Below are positions 39,345 through 54,992 of a stretch of 64,000 bases of DNA, piece after piece (position 1 is the first letter of the stretch; each line of letters begins with the position of its first letter). The stretch spans positions 4,387 to 68,386 of the forward strand of contig CAMTUB010000012.1 in NCBI GenBank assembly GCA_947084835.1, given 5' to 3'. The notes under the pieces were generated by a model. The model was not told the DNA's origin. It saw only the letters and a list, made by a program, of their open reading frames with translations, and made no database searches. Both the position numbers and the translations under genes were made by a program. The stretch is from an uncultured Bacteroidota bacterium (GTDB lineage: Bacteria; Bacteroidota; Bacteroidia; UBA7662; CAMTUB01).

Positions 39345-40040
39345 ATGAAAAAAGTAGTATCAAATGCAGAAGATGCAATTAAAGATATTCAGGATGGAGC
39401 AGTTATATTATTAGGAGGGTTTGGCCTTTGCGGCATTCCTGAAAATTGTATTTCTGCCCTAGTTAAAAGTGGTGTAAAAGATTTGACTTGTGTTTCAAAT
39501 AATGCTGGAGTGGATGACTTCGGGATTGGTTTAATGTTGCAAAAAAAGCAAGTTAAAAAGATGATTTCCTCCTACGTTGGCGAAAATGCAGAATTTGAGC
39601 GTCAATTGTTATCGGGTGAGCTAGAAGTTGAGTTGATTCCCCAAGGTACATTAGCAACGCGTTGTATGATGTCAGGATATGGAATTCCCGCTTTTTATAC
39701 ACCAGCAGGCGTGGGCACTGAGGTTGCCATTGGTAAAGAAACCCGAGAATTTAACGGTAAACATTATTTATTAGAAGAAGCTTTTGATGCTGATTTTGCC
39801 ATTGTAAAAGCGTGGAAAGGCGATACAATGGGCAATCTGATTTTTAGAGCTACATCTCGAAATTTCAACCCTTTAATGGCGATGGCAGGTAAAATTACGA
39901 TTGCAGAAGTTGAAGAGTTAGTACAGCCAGGAGATTTAGATCCTAACGAAATTCATGTTCCTGGAATTTACATATCACGTATTTTTCAAGGAAAAAATTA
40001 CGAGAAAAGAATAGAACAACGTACCACAAGAAAAGCATAA
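39345..40040 (+). CDS. scoA: 3-oxoacid CoA-transferase subunit A
   Basis: ...[13 protein letters not shown]...; 231 aa. Confidence 0.85.
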   Translation: MKKVVSNAEDAIKDIQDGAVILLGGFGLCGIPENCISALVKSGVKDLTCVSNNAGVDDFGIGLMLQKKQVKKMISSYVGENAEFERQLLSGELEVELIPQGTLATRCMMSGYGIPAFYTPAGVGTEVAIGKETREFNGKHYLLEEAFDADFAIVKAWKGDTMGNLIFRATSRNFNPLMAMAGKITIAEVEELVQPGDLDPNEIHVPGIYISRIFQGKNYEKRIEQRTTRKA

Positions 40041-40044
40041 TAAA

Positions 40045-40704
40045 ATGGCATTAGATAAATTTCAGATGGCAAAACGTATCGCGCGCGAATTAAGCGATGG
40101 TATGTATGTGAATTTGGGCATAGGAATTCCTACGCTAGTTGCAAATTATATTCCGGATGGCATAAATGTTACTTTGCAAAGCGAAAACGGATTATTAGGC
40201 ATGGGCCCATTTCCGATTGAAGGCGAAGAAGATGCTGATTTAATAAACGCAGGAAAACAAACAATTACAACCCTTCCAGGTTCGGCATTTTTCGATTCAG
40301 CAATGAGTTTTGGGATGATACGAAGTGGAAAAGTGGATTTAACCGTGTTAGGAGCCATGGAAGTTAGCGAAAATGGCGATATCGCCAATTGGAAAATTCC
40401 TGGAAAAATGGTAAAAGGAATGGGCGGTGCTATGGATTTAGTAGCATCAGCCAGAAATATAATTGTAGTAATGATGCATGCTAATAAAGCAGGTGAATCA
40501 AAATTATTACATAACTGCGATTTGCCAATTACAGGTTTGGAGTGTGTAAAAAGAGTTTTAACTGATTTAGGTTTTTTTGAAATCAAAAACGGCAGTTTTC
40601 ATTTAATTGAAAGAGCACCAGGTGTTACGGTTGATGAAATACGAAGCAAAACCACCGGTAATTTAATAGCTTCCGAGTCTACCCCTGAAATGAATATAGA
40701 TTAA
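40045..40704 (+). CDS. scoB: 3-oxoacid CoA-transferase subunit B
   Basis: ...LGIGIPT...SENG... with the catalytic Glu region; 219 aa. Confidence 0.85.
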   Translation: MALDKFQMAKRIARELSDGMYVNLGIGIPTLVANYIPDGINVTLQSENGLLGMGPFPIEGEEDADLINAGKQTITTLPGSAFFDSAMSFGMIRSGKVDLTVLGAMEVSENGDIANWKIPGKMVKGMGGAMDLVASARNIIVVMMHANKAGESKLLHNCDLPITGLECVKRVLTDLGFFEIKNGSFHLIERAPGVTVDEIRSKTTGNLIASESTPEMNID

Positions 40705-41171
40705 TGATTAGAGACGCCATTCTTACAGATATACCATTTATACACAATTTAATAGGTGAATTGGCTCTTTATGAAAGAGCGCTTGAACAGTTTACATTAA
40801 CCCAAGAACAACTTGCCATCGATGGTTTTGGAGATAATCCGTGCTGGAAAGCATTTGTAGCCGAACATGAAAACGAAGTTGTAGGTGTAGCATTATGTTA
40901 CATTAAATATTCTACTTGGAAAGGCAAAGGTGTTTTTTTGGACGATTTAATTGTAACAGAATCGAAAAGAGGATATGGTTTTGGAAAAGCGCTTTTACGC
41001 GAAGTCGCAAAATATGCAAAAAGTGAAAATGCAAATCATGTAGATTGGCTAGTTTTAGATTGGAATCAGCCTTCTATAGATTTTTATAAAAAAATTGAAT
41101 CAGAATTGGATCCAGAATGGATTAAATGCACCATTCGCAAAAAACAAATGGATAGTTTGATAGGAGATTAA
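40704..41171 (+). CDS. GNAT-family N-acetyltransferase
   Basis: ...RGYGFGKALL... acetyl-CoA-binding motif; 155 aa. Confidence 0.75.
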   Translation: MIRDAILTDIPFIHNLIGELALYERALEQFTLTQEQLAIDGFGDNPCWKAFVAEHENEVVGVALCYIKYSTWKGKGVFLDDLIVTESKRGYGFGKALLREVAKYAKSENANHVDWLVLDWNQPSIDFYKKIESELDPEWIKCTIRKKQMDSLIGD

Positions 41172-41172
41172 T

Positions 41173-42450
41173 ATGAAAGTATTTAAGTTTGGAGGCGCAT
41201 CTGTTCAGGATGCAAAAGGAATAGTTAATGTTACTTCAATCATTAAACTTTATAGTGAAACCGACATTGTAATTGTTGTTTCTGCATTAGGAAAAACAAC
41301 CAATAATCTCGAAAAAGTAGTTGAAGAATGGTATCAGGGTAATGTGCCAGAAGCCATTGAACATATCTTCGAAGTCAGAAAAAAACACATTGACATTGTC
41401 AATGATTTTGAAATAGACAATTCTGACAAAAGCCGAATTATAAGCGAGATTGATGTATTAATACATCAACTGAAAGAAATGGTTCAGGAAAGAGCGGCCA
41501 AAAATTTCAACATGGTTTATGATCAGATTGTGAGTTTTGGTGAATTACTTTCAACCCGAATTATAGCATCTTATTTAAATTTAGCTTCAGTAGATTGCAA
41601 TTTTTTAGATGCGAGAGATTTTGTGGTTACCAACGATTGCTTTAGAGATGCTCGAATCAATTGGAGCAGAACAGCTGGCAGAATCAACGCTTTAAAAAAG
41701 AGTTTCTTTGATGGAACTGGCAAAAAATCGATTGTACAAGGATTTATTGGAAGAACTGAAGATAACTTATACACAACAACACTAGGCAGAGAAGGGTCAG
41801 ATTTTACCGCATCCATATTTGCATTTTGTTTGGATGCAAAAGAAGTTATTATCTGGAAAGATGTACCTGGAGTGTTAAATGCAGATCCACGACTTTTTCC
41901 GCATGCCATATTAATACCGAATCTATCGTATTTAGAAGCTGTAGAAATGACGTATTACGGTGCATCTGTAATACATCCTAAAACTATAAAACCACTTCAG
42001 AATAAGCTTATTCCACTTAGAGTTAAATCTTTTTTAAATCCAACAGCACCTGGAACATTAATTTCGAACCAGCAATCCAGCGATTTTGTTCCTCCAAGTA
42101 TCATTGTTAAAAAGAATCAAGTTTTAATATCTTTTTCTTCGAGAGATTTTTCTTTTATAGCAGAAGAGAGCTTAAGTATTATTTTTGGGGCATTGTATAA
42201 ATTGGGAATTAAAGCTCATTTAACACAAAACGCTGCCATAAGTTTTTCATTATGTGTAGATTTTGACTATTTTAAGGTTACTCCGTTTGTAGATCAAATG
42301 AAACTTTTGTTTGACGTAGAACTCCAGAAAGATTTAGAACTGATAACACTTCGAAATTACAGCGATAAATTAATTGGAGGGTTTACCCAAGGTAGAACCG
42401 TTTATTTAGATCAAAGAACACCATCAACAGCCCAATTGGTAATTGGTTAA
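41173..42450 (+). CDS. lysC: Aspartate kinase
   Basis: MKVFKFGGASVQD... amino-acid kinase fold with C-terminal ACT domains. Confidence 0.85.
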   Translation: MKVFKFGGASVQDAKGIVNVTSIIKLYSETDIVIVVSALGKTTNNLEKVVEEWYQGNVPEAIEHIFEVRKKHIDIVNDFEIDNSDKSRIISEIDVLIHQLKEMVQERAAKNFNMVYDQIVSFGELLSTRIIASYLNLASVDCNFLDARDFVVTNDCFRDARINWSRTAGRINALKKSFFDGTGKKSIVQGFIGRTEDNLYTTTLGREGSDFTASIFAFCLDAKEVIIWKDVPGVLNADPRLFPHAILIPNLSYLEAVEMTYYGASVIHPKTIKPLQNKLIPLRVKSFLNPTAPGTLISNQQSSDFVPPSIIVKKNQVLISFSSRDFSFIAEESLSIIFGALYKLGIKAHLTQNAAISFSLCVDFDYFKVTPFVDQMKLLFDVELQKDLELITLRNYSDKLIGGFTQGRTVYLDQRTPSTAQLVIG

Positions 42451-42462
42451 CAGGAATTTTTC

Positions 42463-44682
42463 ATGGATTTAGACCCACAACAAATATCTCAAGACGAACT
42501 AGAACGTAAGCAAATCTTAAGCAAGTATCGCTCACTATTGCGTGTTTGTAAACCTTTTTTGAAAAGAGGAGATAAACGCCAAATTCGATTAGCATTTGAT
42601 ATGGCTATTGATGCCCATAAGGATATGCGCAGGAAATCGGGTGAACCCTACATTTATCATCCAATTGAAGTAGCTCAAATTGTTGCTGAAGAAATTGGAC
42701 TAGGAACTACCTCCGTAATTTGCGCGCTTTTACACGATACAGTTGAAGATTCTGAAATTACGCTTGAAGATATTGAACGCGAATTTGGCAAAACCATATC
42801 ACGTATAATTGATGGGTTAACTAAAATTTCCGGATTATACTTTAAAAACTCATCACAACAAGCTGAGAATTTCAGGAAAATGCTGCTAACATTGGCAGAT
42901 GACGTTCGAGTTATTCTGATAAAGTTGGCCGACAGATTGCACAACATGCGCACCTTAGATTCAATGCCACGCGATAAACAATTGAAAATAAGTTCTGAAA
43001 CCATGTTTTTGTTTGCCCCATTAGCACACAGATTAGGGCTGTATAGCATTAAAAGTGAGCTTGAGGATTTGGCAATGAAGTTTACCGAACCTGAAACCTA
43101 TAAAAGTATCGCTCAAAAATTGAGCGATACAAAGGTTAAGCGTACCAAATATATCAAAGAATTTATTGAGCCCATTGTAAACGAGTTAGAAAAACAAGGG
43201 CTGAAATTTGAAGTAAAAGGCAGGCCAAAATCAATTTATTCGATTTGGAATAAAATGAAAAAGCAAAATGTAGACTTTGAAGAGGTTTACGATTTATTTG
43301 CCATTCGAATTATTATCGACTCTGCCTCAGAGGTTGAAAAGGCAGATTGTTGGAAAGTATATTCTTTAGTAACCGATTTTTATACGCCAAATCCAAGTAG
43401 ACTACGCGATTGGATTAGCATGCCGCGCGCTAACGGATATGAATCGTTACACACCACCGTAATGGGGCAAGAAGGGAAATGGGTTGAAGTTCAAATTCGT
43501 TCTAAACGAATGAACGAAGTTGCTGAAAAAGGCCTTGCTGCTCATTGGAGATACAAAGAAAAAGAAGGAAACGACAATCAATTTGACGATTGGTTGAAAC
43601 GCATAAGAGAACTGCTTGAAAATAGCGAGCCTAACGCTTTAGAGTTTGTTGAGGATGTAAAACTTCAATTGTACAATAAAGAAATATTCGTGTTTACACC
43701 GAAAGGGGAACTGCGTAAAATGCCTCAAAAAGCAACTGCATTGGATTTCGCATTCGAAATTCATAGCGATTTGGGAATGATGTGTATAGGGGCAAAAGTA
43801 AATTTCAAGTTAGTTCCGCTCAGCCATCAACTGCAAAATGGCGATCAAGTTGAAATATTAACTTCAAAAATCCAAAAACCAAATAGCGATTGGTTAGCTT
43901 TTGTTGTAACAGCTAAAGCGAAATCAAAAATTAAACAAAGCTTAAAGGAGCAAAGGAAAAAAGAATCGGTTGAAGGTAAAGAGTTGTTAGCTAGGAAGTT
44001 AAAGTCCTTGAAGGTTAATTTGAACGAAGCCAGTATAAACAGAATGGTGAAATTTTTTGCCTTGCCATCTTCTCTTGATTTATATTACCTAATCGCCATC
44101 GGAAAAATTGATTTGATGCAGGTAAAATCTTGTTTCGAAGACCCAGAACCTATCGAAAAGCAAGGAAAATTAGATACTAAGAATTTTCAAGTATTTGTAA
44201 AATCGCCATCAGGTCAGAATGATACCGAGCTTATCATAGATGATAAAATTGACAAGATTGCATATACTATTTCATCGTGTTGCACGCCCATTCCAGGCGA
44301 TGATATTTTTGGGTTTGTAACAGTTGGAGAAGGTATTAAAATACACCGTTCTAATTGCCCAATTGCAGTAAATTTATTAAGCAAATACGGCTATAGAGTC
44401 GTAAAAGCTAAGTGGACACAAAGCCAAGAAGTTTCATTTTTAGCAGGCATAAAAATTTCTGGTATTGATGAAGTTGGAATAATAAGTAACTTATCTCAGG
44501 TAATTTCTGGAGATTTTAAAGTAAATATGCGTTCGATTTCAGTAGTTTCGAATGATGGTATGTTTGAAGGCACAATTATGATTTTTGTAAACGATACAAA
44601 CCATCTCGACACTTTAATTCGAAATATTTCAAATGTAAAAGGCGTGTTAAAAGCGTCTCGTATCGAATCTCAACGAAATTAA
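42463..44682 (+). CDS. Bifunctional (p)ppGpp synthetase/hydrolase (RelA/SpoT family)
   Basis: HD domain (HD...LHDTVEDS), RelA_SpoT synthetase domain, TGS domain and ACT domain; 739 aa. Confidence 0.9.
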   Translation: MDLDPQQISQDELERKQILSKYRSLLRVCKPFLKRGDKRQIRLAFDMAIDAHKDMRRKSGEPYIYHPIEVAQIVAEEIGLGTTSVICALLHDTVEDSEITLEDIEREFGKTISRIIDGLTKISGLYFKNSSQQAENFRKMLLTLADDVRVILIKLADRLHNMRTLDSMPRDKQLKISSETMFLFAPLAHRLGLYSIKSELEDLAMKFTEPETYKSIAQKLSDTKVKRTKYIKEFIEPIVNELEKQGLKFEVKGRPKSIYSIWNKMKKQNVDFEEVYDLFAIRIIIDSASEVEKADCWKVYSLVTDFYTPNPSRLRDWISMPRANGYESLHTTVMGQEGKWVEVQIRSKRMNEVAEKGLAAHWRYKEKEGNDNQFDDWLKRIRELLENSEPNALEFVEDVKLQLYNKEIFVFTPKGELRKMPQKATALDFAFEIHSDLGMMCIGAKVNFKLVPLSHQLQNGDQVEILTSKIQKPNSDWLAFVVTAKAKSKIKQSLKEQRKKESVEGKELLARKLKSLKVNLNEASINRMVKFFALPSSLDLYYLIAIGKIDLMQVKSCFEDPEPIEKQGKLDTKNFQVFVKSPSGQNDTELIIDDKIDKIAYTISSCCTPIPGDDIFGFVTVGEGIKIHRSNCPIAVNLLSKYGYRVVKAKWTQSQEVSFLAGIKISGIDEVGIISNLSQVISGDFKVNMRSISVVSNDGMFEGTIMIFVNDTNHLDTLIRNISNVKGVLKASRIESQRN

Positions 44683-44684
44683 TC

Positions 44685-48116
<3,432 letters not shown>

Positions 48117-48117
<1 letters not shown>

Positions 48118-51100
48118 TAGTTTGATTTCCCTTCTAAATTTTTAATTTCTGCCAATCTTTTTTTAGCTACCTCTTTCAAATCGTTTCCATCATAATTATC
48201 TATTATCGACTCTAAAGTTGCCTTTGCTTGGAAATAATTTTTTTGATCAACATAAGTTTCTGCTAATAAAATAAAGGCTTTTGCAATCCAATAATCATAG
48301 GATGGATATTTTTCTGCAATTTCAAATGCTGTTGCCTGCGCTGTTTTTAAGTCTTTGCGTTTGTATTGAATTTCCATCATTCTAAAGCGAGCTTCTGCTG
48401 CATTTGCGTTGTTCCCAGATTCAACCACTTTGGTAAATTCAACCATCGCTTTGTCGTTATCCTCGCTTAGCATTAGCAATTTGCCTAAATTTAGAATGGC
48501 TTCATTTTTCATTTCTGGCGTTACAAACTCATACCACAACAATTTGTTTGCGCTTGTTTTGCATTTTTCGTTTAAGGCAATGGTGCAATTACAACGCATT
48601 TGGCCTGTTAATGCTTCAAGTTTTGTGCTTCTTGATTGAGTTACTGACTCAAGTTTTTCGTAGGAAGTTTGGGCATTGATAAAATCGCCATCTGCATAGT
48701 AAATGCTTGCTGAACGTTGTAATGCCTTTTCAGAATATGTATTTAATTGTTGACTGTTTACATAAGTAAAGTCTGCAAGTGCACTGCTGAATTGCTTTTT
48801 ATGATAATAGCTATCGGCACGCATATATTTAGCATTTAAAACAAAATAACCATCGGGATATTTCTTTAAATACTTACTAAGTTCTGTAATTGCTTTTTCG
48901 TAATCCGATTGATTATAAATTAGCTCAGCTGCCTGAAAAGTTAACGAATCTTGCGATGAAACGCTTATTGATGCGGATGAAATGGTTTTTAAATAATCGA
49001 AATATACTTCAACCTTATTTTGAGCAACATAAATATTTTTGATGCCGTTTAACGCATCGCGAGCTTCAGTTGTTTTAGGATATTGGTCTACTACCGCTTT
49101 ATATTGGTTGAGCGCTTTTTCAAGTTGCTCTTGATTGTAAAAAATTAAAGCTTTGGTAAGCATGGCGTTTTTAACCATCAAGCTATTCGGGCGCTTAGCA
49201 ATAAGTTTGTCTAATTCGGATATAGCCTCGATGTATTTGTCATCCAAAAAGTAAATATTAGCTAATTCGCTGTGGGCATTATCAATATAAACTGAGCTCG
49301 GATATTTCTCTATAAGAGTTTTTAAGGTCGAGATTTTATCAGCTTGTTTATGCTCTAAGCCTTCTAATAATGCTTTTTGATAAGTTGCATAATCTGCACC
49401 AGGTTGTTTAGCGTTAATTACTTTGTTATACAATTCGTTACTCGCAACAAAATTGCCTAAAGCAAATTGTACATCTGCTAGGCGCAAGGTTAAATCAGGT
49501 TGGATGCGTTGAGCTATGTTTTTTGATGACAATTTAGATCCAGCCTCATTAAAAAGCTTATTAGCCTTTTCAAAATTCAACAATGCTTCACGATAAGCTG
49601 CATTTTTAAAATATGCATACCCAATGTTGTAATATCCTGAATAGGGCGATGATTCTGCTGGTAAGCCATAATCTGAAGAGTATTGCCCAACAAACTTCAA
49701 GGTTGAGGTTATGCAGTTTTCATAATCACCCAATTTAAAATAGGATTCACCTTTCCAAAAATGGGTTGCACATTGTATGCCTCTGTCGTAATTGTTTAAA
49801 AGAGACTTGTTAAATAGTTCAATGGCTTGTGTATAATTATCGGCATTATAAATCTCTAAACCACGGTAATAGCATACTTTTTGATACGCCTTTTTAATTT
49901 CTGTAGATTTATTTTCTATTTTCTCCAACACTTCCAATGCATCTTTGAAATTACGGGTAGTAAACAAAAGAGTTCCCAAAAGCTCATTGGCTTCATCGGT
50001 AAATTTTGATTTTGGAAAATCAGTTAAAAATTCTGTCAAAAGCGTAACACTTTGGTTACTTAACCCAGTTTCATAGCTCAATTTGGCGTAATTGAAAGAA
50101 CTTAATTCTCTAATTTGGGCATCAAATTTTAATTTAGATGCTTTGTAAAAGGCATTGCGAGCATCTTCTTTTTTACCCATTTTCGCATAACAGTCTGCCA
50201 TATAATACGTAGCATGTTGTGCCAATGAGTCGTTATTCGTGGTTACTTTTGAGAATTGTGCTGATGCTGCCTCGCAATCTTTTGCCATATAAGAAACGTA
50301 TCCTAATTGGAAATAATCAATTGCTTTCAATTTCGCACCACCGTTTTCAACCCATCTTTTTAAATAAGGCATTGCTCTTATGTATTCCTTAGTATTAAAA
50401 AGCGCTTGTCCGATTAAATGGTTTATATCGTCCTGCCCTTTGATACCACTTTGAGTGCTATATGGAGTTGCGTATTCAATTAGTTCTGGGTACTTTTTTT
50501 GTTCGTAATAGATTTGTGTAATGTATAATGGAACAATTTTAGCATAGTTTTTTGAATCTTTAAGTTTATCGAAATATGATAAAGACTCAGAATAGTTTTT
50601 TTCAGATAGAGCGATAAAGCCTAGGTAGTAAAGGGCTGGGTATTCAAAGGTTGAACCGCTATTTTTTAAGCTACCAAAATAGGTTTTGGCATTTTTATAG
50701 TCGTTTTCTTGGAAATGGGAGTATCCCAAAACGTATTTATAGTCTGCAGTTTCGTTTTTTGAAAAGGCGCCTGTTTCAATTCCTTTTAAAGCTTCAATAA
50801 CTTCTTTGTATTTAGCATCTTTAAACCAAACTTTAGCTAAATAAAATTTAGCATAATTCGATAAAATGTTTTCTGGATAGGATTGTACAAAGTTTTGTAA
50901 CAGTACTGTAGCATCGGGATGTTCAAGAAAGTAAGAAGAAACTGCTAAATAATACGAAGCATTTTGAAACATAAGACCATTGGGGATATTATTCCCAGCA
51001 GGAGATACCTCCTGAATTATGGTTCTAAATATTTTATTTGCAGCGGCATATTTTTCTTTTTGATATAGTTCTACACCATACCTAAATGAAGCTTCAGGTT

Positions 51101-51182
51101 CTGCATAAATTTGGGTTCGTTGAGCATTGCTGGCGAAACAAATTCCAATCAACAAGGCTATAATTAACCTGATTTTCAACAT
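48117..51182 (-). CDS. Large secreted tetratricopeptide-repeat protein (1021 aa), SprE/PorW-like architecture possible
   Basis: Signal peptide MLKIRLIIALLIGICFASNAQ and many TPR-like Y/A/L-rich repeats throughout. Confidence 0.6.
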
Positions 51183-51311
51183 GTGTCTGTTTTAAAAATG
51201 GAAAACGTAAAAATCGTGTTTCAATTTTGTAACAACACCTAGAACTGTTAAATATTATGCACGTGTTCAGATTAATATCGTGCTTAGGTTTAAATGTGTA
51301 TGTGGATAACT

Positions 51312-52595
51312 CTAGTGTAGCACAATTTTCCTGGAGCTATCTAACCTTAAAAGGGTTGCTAATAAAATGGTAAAACCCCACATAGATGAGCCTCCATAAC
51401 TTATAAATGGCAAAGGAATTCCAATCACGGGCAATAAGCCAATTGTCATGCCCACATTTACCATGACATGAAAAAAGAGAATTGAGGCAACAGAATACCC
51501 ATAAACTCTACCAAAAGTGTAGGGAAGTCGCTCTGAAATTTCTATAATTTTATAAATCAAGATTGAAAAAAGAACAAGAATGGTTAACGTGCCTAAAAAG
51601 CCAAACTCTTCGCCAATGGTGCAAAAGATAAAATCTGTGCTTTGTTCGGGTACAAAGTTAAATTTAGTTTGGGTGCCTTCTAAATAACCCTTGCCGCTAA
51701 AACCGCCAGAGCCTATTGCAATTAATGATTGATGTACATTATAGCCAGCTCCTTTTAAGTCTTGTTGTTTGCCAAGTAAAACGTTAATACGAACACGCTG
51801 GTGATCTTGGAGAATATTGTTAAACGCATAATCAACACTAAAAACTGCAATCGTTGTTATTGCTAAAAATCCCAACGATTTTATTATAGCACTAGCTTTA
51901 TTTCTTGAGAAAAAAGTAAAAATTGCACCAAATGATGCGATTACACTAATTAAAATTATTTTATCGATGAGCAATGCAAGTACTAAAATTACTAGAGCAA
52001 AAAAGCCTAATAATAAATAGGTTCCGGGTAAACCTTCTCTAAACAAAACAAAAATGAAGGCTGTGAATACCAATGCAGTACCCGTTTCCTTAGATAAAAT
52101 GATTAAAACTATAGGCAATAAAATCAGTCCAAAAGCCAACACTTGATTTTTGAAGAGGGTTAGGTTCATATCGCGCTGGCTCAGCAAAAGACTCATGGAT
52201 AATGCTGTGCCAAATTTAGCAAACTCTGCAGGCTGCAAACCAAAGCTTCCAATTTGAAACCAAGAATGCGATCCATTTATTTCTTTACCTATAAAAAGCA
52301 CCAAGATTAAGAGCAGGATATTTATACCATAAATTATCCATGCTAAGGTTTCCCAAATGCGATAATCAAGTGCCAAGATGAATGAAAGCAGAATGAGCGA
52401 AGTCCCCATCCAAATTAATTGTTTACCGTAGCTCTGCGAAAAGTCGAAAAATGAATTGTGTTTCGGGTCGTAAACAGCCGAATAAATAGAAAGCAGGCCT
52501 ATACACATTAAGGCTATCCAAATAAAGAAAACGTATTTATCAACGTATTGAAAAACCGTTTTTTCTTGGCGCATGCGAGATCCTGAAACGTTCAT
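51312..52595 (-). CDS. rodA: Rod shape-determining protein RodA (SEDS family)
   Basis: 10-TM FtsW/RodA/SpoVE family, located downstream of mrdA. Confidence 0.85.
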   Translation of the reverse strand: MNVSGSRMRQEKTVFQYVDKYVFFIWIALMCIGLLSIYSAVYDPKHNSFFDFSQSYGKQLIWMGTSLILLSFILALDYRIWETLAWIIYGINILLLILVLFIGKEINGSHSWFQIGSFGLQPAEFAKFGTALSMSLLLSQRDMNLTLFKNQVLAFGLILLPIVLIILSKETGTALVFTAFIFVLFREGLPGTYLLLGFFALVILVLALLIDKIILISVIASFGAIFTFFSRNKASAIIKSLGFLAITTIAVFSVDYAFNNILQDHQRVRINVLLGKQQDLKGAGYNVHQSLIAIGSGGFSGKGYLEGTQTKFNFVPEQSTDFIFCTIGEEFGFLGTLTILVLFSILIYKIIEISERLPYTFGRVYGYSVASILFFHVMVNVGMTIGLLPVIGIPLPFISYGGSSMWGFTILLATLLRLDSSRKIVLH

Positions 52596-52599
52596 AGCC

Positions 52600-54474
52600 T
52601 TAATTTTTTGGTTTTTCTGTAGGTTTAGTAATTAGGTTTACTTTTTCAATGTTCGGGTCTATCAGGTTTTTTTCCATAATCCATTTAGCTCGATCCATAT
52701 GTGTAATTGAGTCTGTTAAATACTTTTCAATCATCATGCTCGCCATCGGAGCTGCGTATGTTGAGCCATATCCTGCATTTTCTACATAAGCTGCTATTGC
52801 AATTTTTGGATTGTGTTTAGGGGCAAAACACACAAAAACAGAATGGGCTTTGCCGTGTGGATTTTGAGCTGTTCCAGTTTTACCTAAAATTGTAATGTTA
52901 GCTAGAAATGCACTTCGTGCAGTACCATGAACAACAACATCTTCCATTGAATTCATGATGTTTTCAAAGTAAATAGAATCAGCTTTTACCTTGTGTTTTG
53001 TTTTGTATTTAGGGTCTATTACCTTGCTTTTTCCTATTCCTTTTGTTAAATGTGGCTGATAATAATAACCTCTATTTGCAATTGCAGAAATGTAATTGGC
53101 CATTTGAATAGGAGTGGTGCCTAATTCTCCTTGGCCAATGGCTAAAGAGATAATGGTTGTCCATTTCCAACGCTTGAAGCCATAGATTTTATCGTAATAT
53201 TCAGCTGTCGGAACAAGTCCTTTTCTTTCGTTTGGTAAATCTATACCTGTTTTTTGACCTAAACCAAAACTCAAAAGTGCATCATGCCAATGGGATAAAG
53301 CGGTATGGTTGTTACCCCAAACTGGATTATTGATATACGCTTTAAAAACTTGGCAAAAATAGGAATTGCATGACTCAACAATAGCATGATTTAAAGATGG
53401 TACACCATGGTTTTCATTGTTATTGCACCTTACCCGAATGTTTCCAACTTGAAAGCCCGCATTGCAAGTAAAAGCAGTATTCATATTTATTACTTGGTCG
53501 TGCTGAGCTAATACCGACATTCCAAGTTTGAAAATAGAACCAGGAGGATATTGTGCTTGAATAGGTCTGTTAAATAGAGGTTTAGTAGGGTCTTTTAATA
53601 ACTTATTGTAAGTTTTAGCTCGCTTTTGTCCAACCAATTCATTCGGATTATAAGTTGGACTTGAAACATAGGCTAAAACTTCACCCGTATTTGGTTCAAT
53701 TGCTACAATACTTCCTTTTTTGCCTTGCATAAGCTCTTCGCCAAGTTTCTGAAGTTCAATATCTAGGCTTGAATAAAGGTTTTCTCCTGAAACTGCAGAT
53801 GAATCAAACGCTCCATCTTTAAACCGTCCCACTTCACGGTTATGCACGTCCACATAAACATACCTAGCACCCCTTCTACCACGCAACGACTCTTCATATT
53901 GTTTTTCGATTCCTGAAATACCAATATAATCGCCCATTTCGTAGTATTTATTGGATTTGTCGATAATGTTTTGATTTACTTCTCCAATATATCCAAGTAC
54001 ATGGGCTGCATTGGCGTAGGGATAGGTTCTAACTGTTCTCGATTCAGCGTAAAATCCTGAAAACTCATGCATTCTCTCTCCAATTTTGGCAAAGTCTTCC
54101 GGACTTACCTGACTTACCAAGGTTGATGGAAGATAGGGCGAGTAGTTTTTGGCCTTTTGCAATTTTTCGCGCAGCTCTTCTATATCAAGGGCCACTAAAT
54201 GGCAAAATTCTGATGAATCAAAATCTTTCGCAATTTGTCGCGGAATAACCATCAAATCGTAAATGGGAGCATTCATAACTATCAGTTTTCCTTTACGGTC
54301 ATATATTAGTCCACGCGATGGGTAAATTATTTTTTTACGAATAGCATTTTGTGTGGCTTTTAACTCGTAAGAATTGTCAATTACTTGAATATAGAATAAT
54401 CTAATCAAGTAGATTAAAAAAACGCCAAAAATAATTCCTAGAAATATTGATTTGCGATCAGATGCTGAATTCAT
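52600..54474 (-). CDS. mrdA: Penicillin-binding protein 2 (elongasome transpeptidase)
   Basis: PBP dimerisation domain plus transpeptidase SxxK (STFK-like), SxN and KTG (KTGTA) motifs. Confidence 0.9.
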   Translation of the reverse strand: MNSASDRKSIFLGIIFGVFLIYLIRLFYIQVIDNSYELKATQNAIRKKIIYPSRGLIYDRKGKLIVMNAPIYDLMVIPRQIAKDFDSSEFCHLVALDIEELREKLQKAKNYSPYLPSTLVSQVSPEDFAKIGERMHEFSGFYAESRTVRTYPYANAAHVLGYIGEVNQNIIDKSNKYYEMGDYIGISGIEKQYEESLRGRRGARYVYVDVHNREVGRFKDGAFDSSAVSGENLYSSLDIELQKLGEELMQGKKGSIVAIEPNTGEVLAYVSSPTYNPNELVGQKRAKTYNKLLKDPTKPLFNRPIQAQYPPGSIFKLGMSVLAQHDQVINMNTAFTCNAGFQVGNIRVRCNNNENHGVPSLNHAIVESCNSYFCQVFKAYINNPVWGNNHTALSHWHDALLSFGLGQKTGIDLPNERKGLVPTAEYYDKIYGFKRWKWTTIISLAIGQGELGTTPIQMANYISAIANRGYYYQPHLTKGIGKSKVIDPKYKTKHKVKADSIYFENIMNSMEDVVVHGTARSAFLANITILGKTGTAQNPHGKAHSVFVCFAPKHNPKIAIAAYVENAGYGSTYAAPMASMMIEKYLTDSITHMDRAKWIMEKNLIDPNIEKVNLITKPTEKPKN

Positions 54475-54992
54475 TAACTGCGGTTCTTGAAAATCAATAG
54501 TCTAAATAAATTGATAAACATTAAAGATAAAAAACTTGATAGGATTGTTTTAGTAAGAATCCAACCAAGTTCTGAAAACTTAAGCGATTCTACAAAAAAT
54601 AAGATAAAATGATGTGCTAAAACTAAAACACCAGAATAAGTGAAAAATCGAGTAATGTCTAATTCTTGAATTGCATTTAATTTGTCATCGTCATAACCGG
54701 ATCTTGGCACAATAAATTTAAGCCAATGTGGCCTTAAATATCCAATACTTGTTGATGCTAATGCGTGAATTCCGCCTGTTGATGAAAAAAAGTCAATGGT
54801 TAATCCCATGCAAAATGAAATAAATATTACCATTGAACTAGGTAATGTTGGTGGAATCAATAAAATGAAAAATACATATGCAAATGGGTTAAATAATTGA
54901 TGCAACCCGATATGATTTAAAATTATAATTTGAAATGCCACAACTACCACAAAACGAAGAAAGTTGCGGATAATTACCTCAATCATTGGCAA
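54474..54992 (-). CDS. mreD: Rod shape-determining protein MreD
   Basis: Small polytopic membrane protein between mreC and mrdA. Confidence 0.75.
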   Translation of the reverse strand: MPMIEVIIRNFLRFVVVVAFQIIILNHIGLHQLFNPFAYVFFILLIPPTLPSSMVIFISFCMGLTIDFFSSTGGIHALASTSIGYLRPHWLKFIVPRSGYDDDKLNAIQELDITRFFTYSGVLVLAHHFILFFVESLKFSELGWILTKTILSSFLSLMFINLFRLLIFKNRS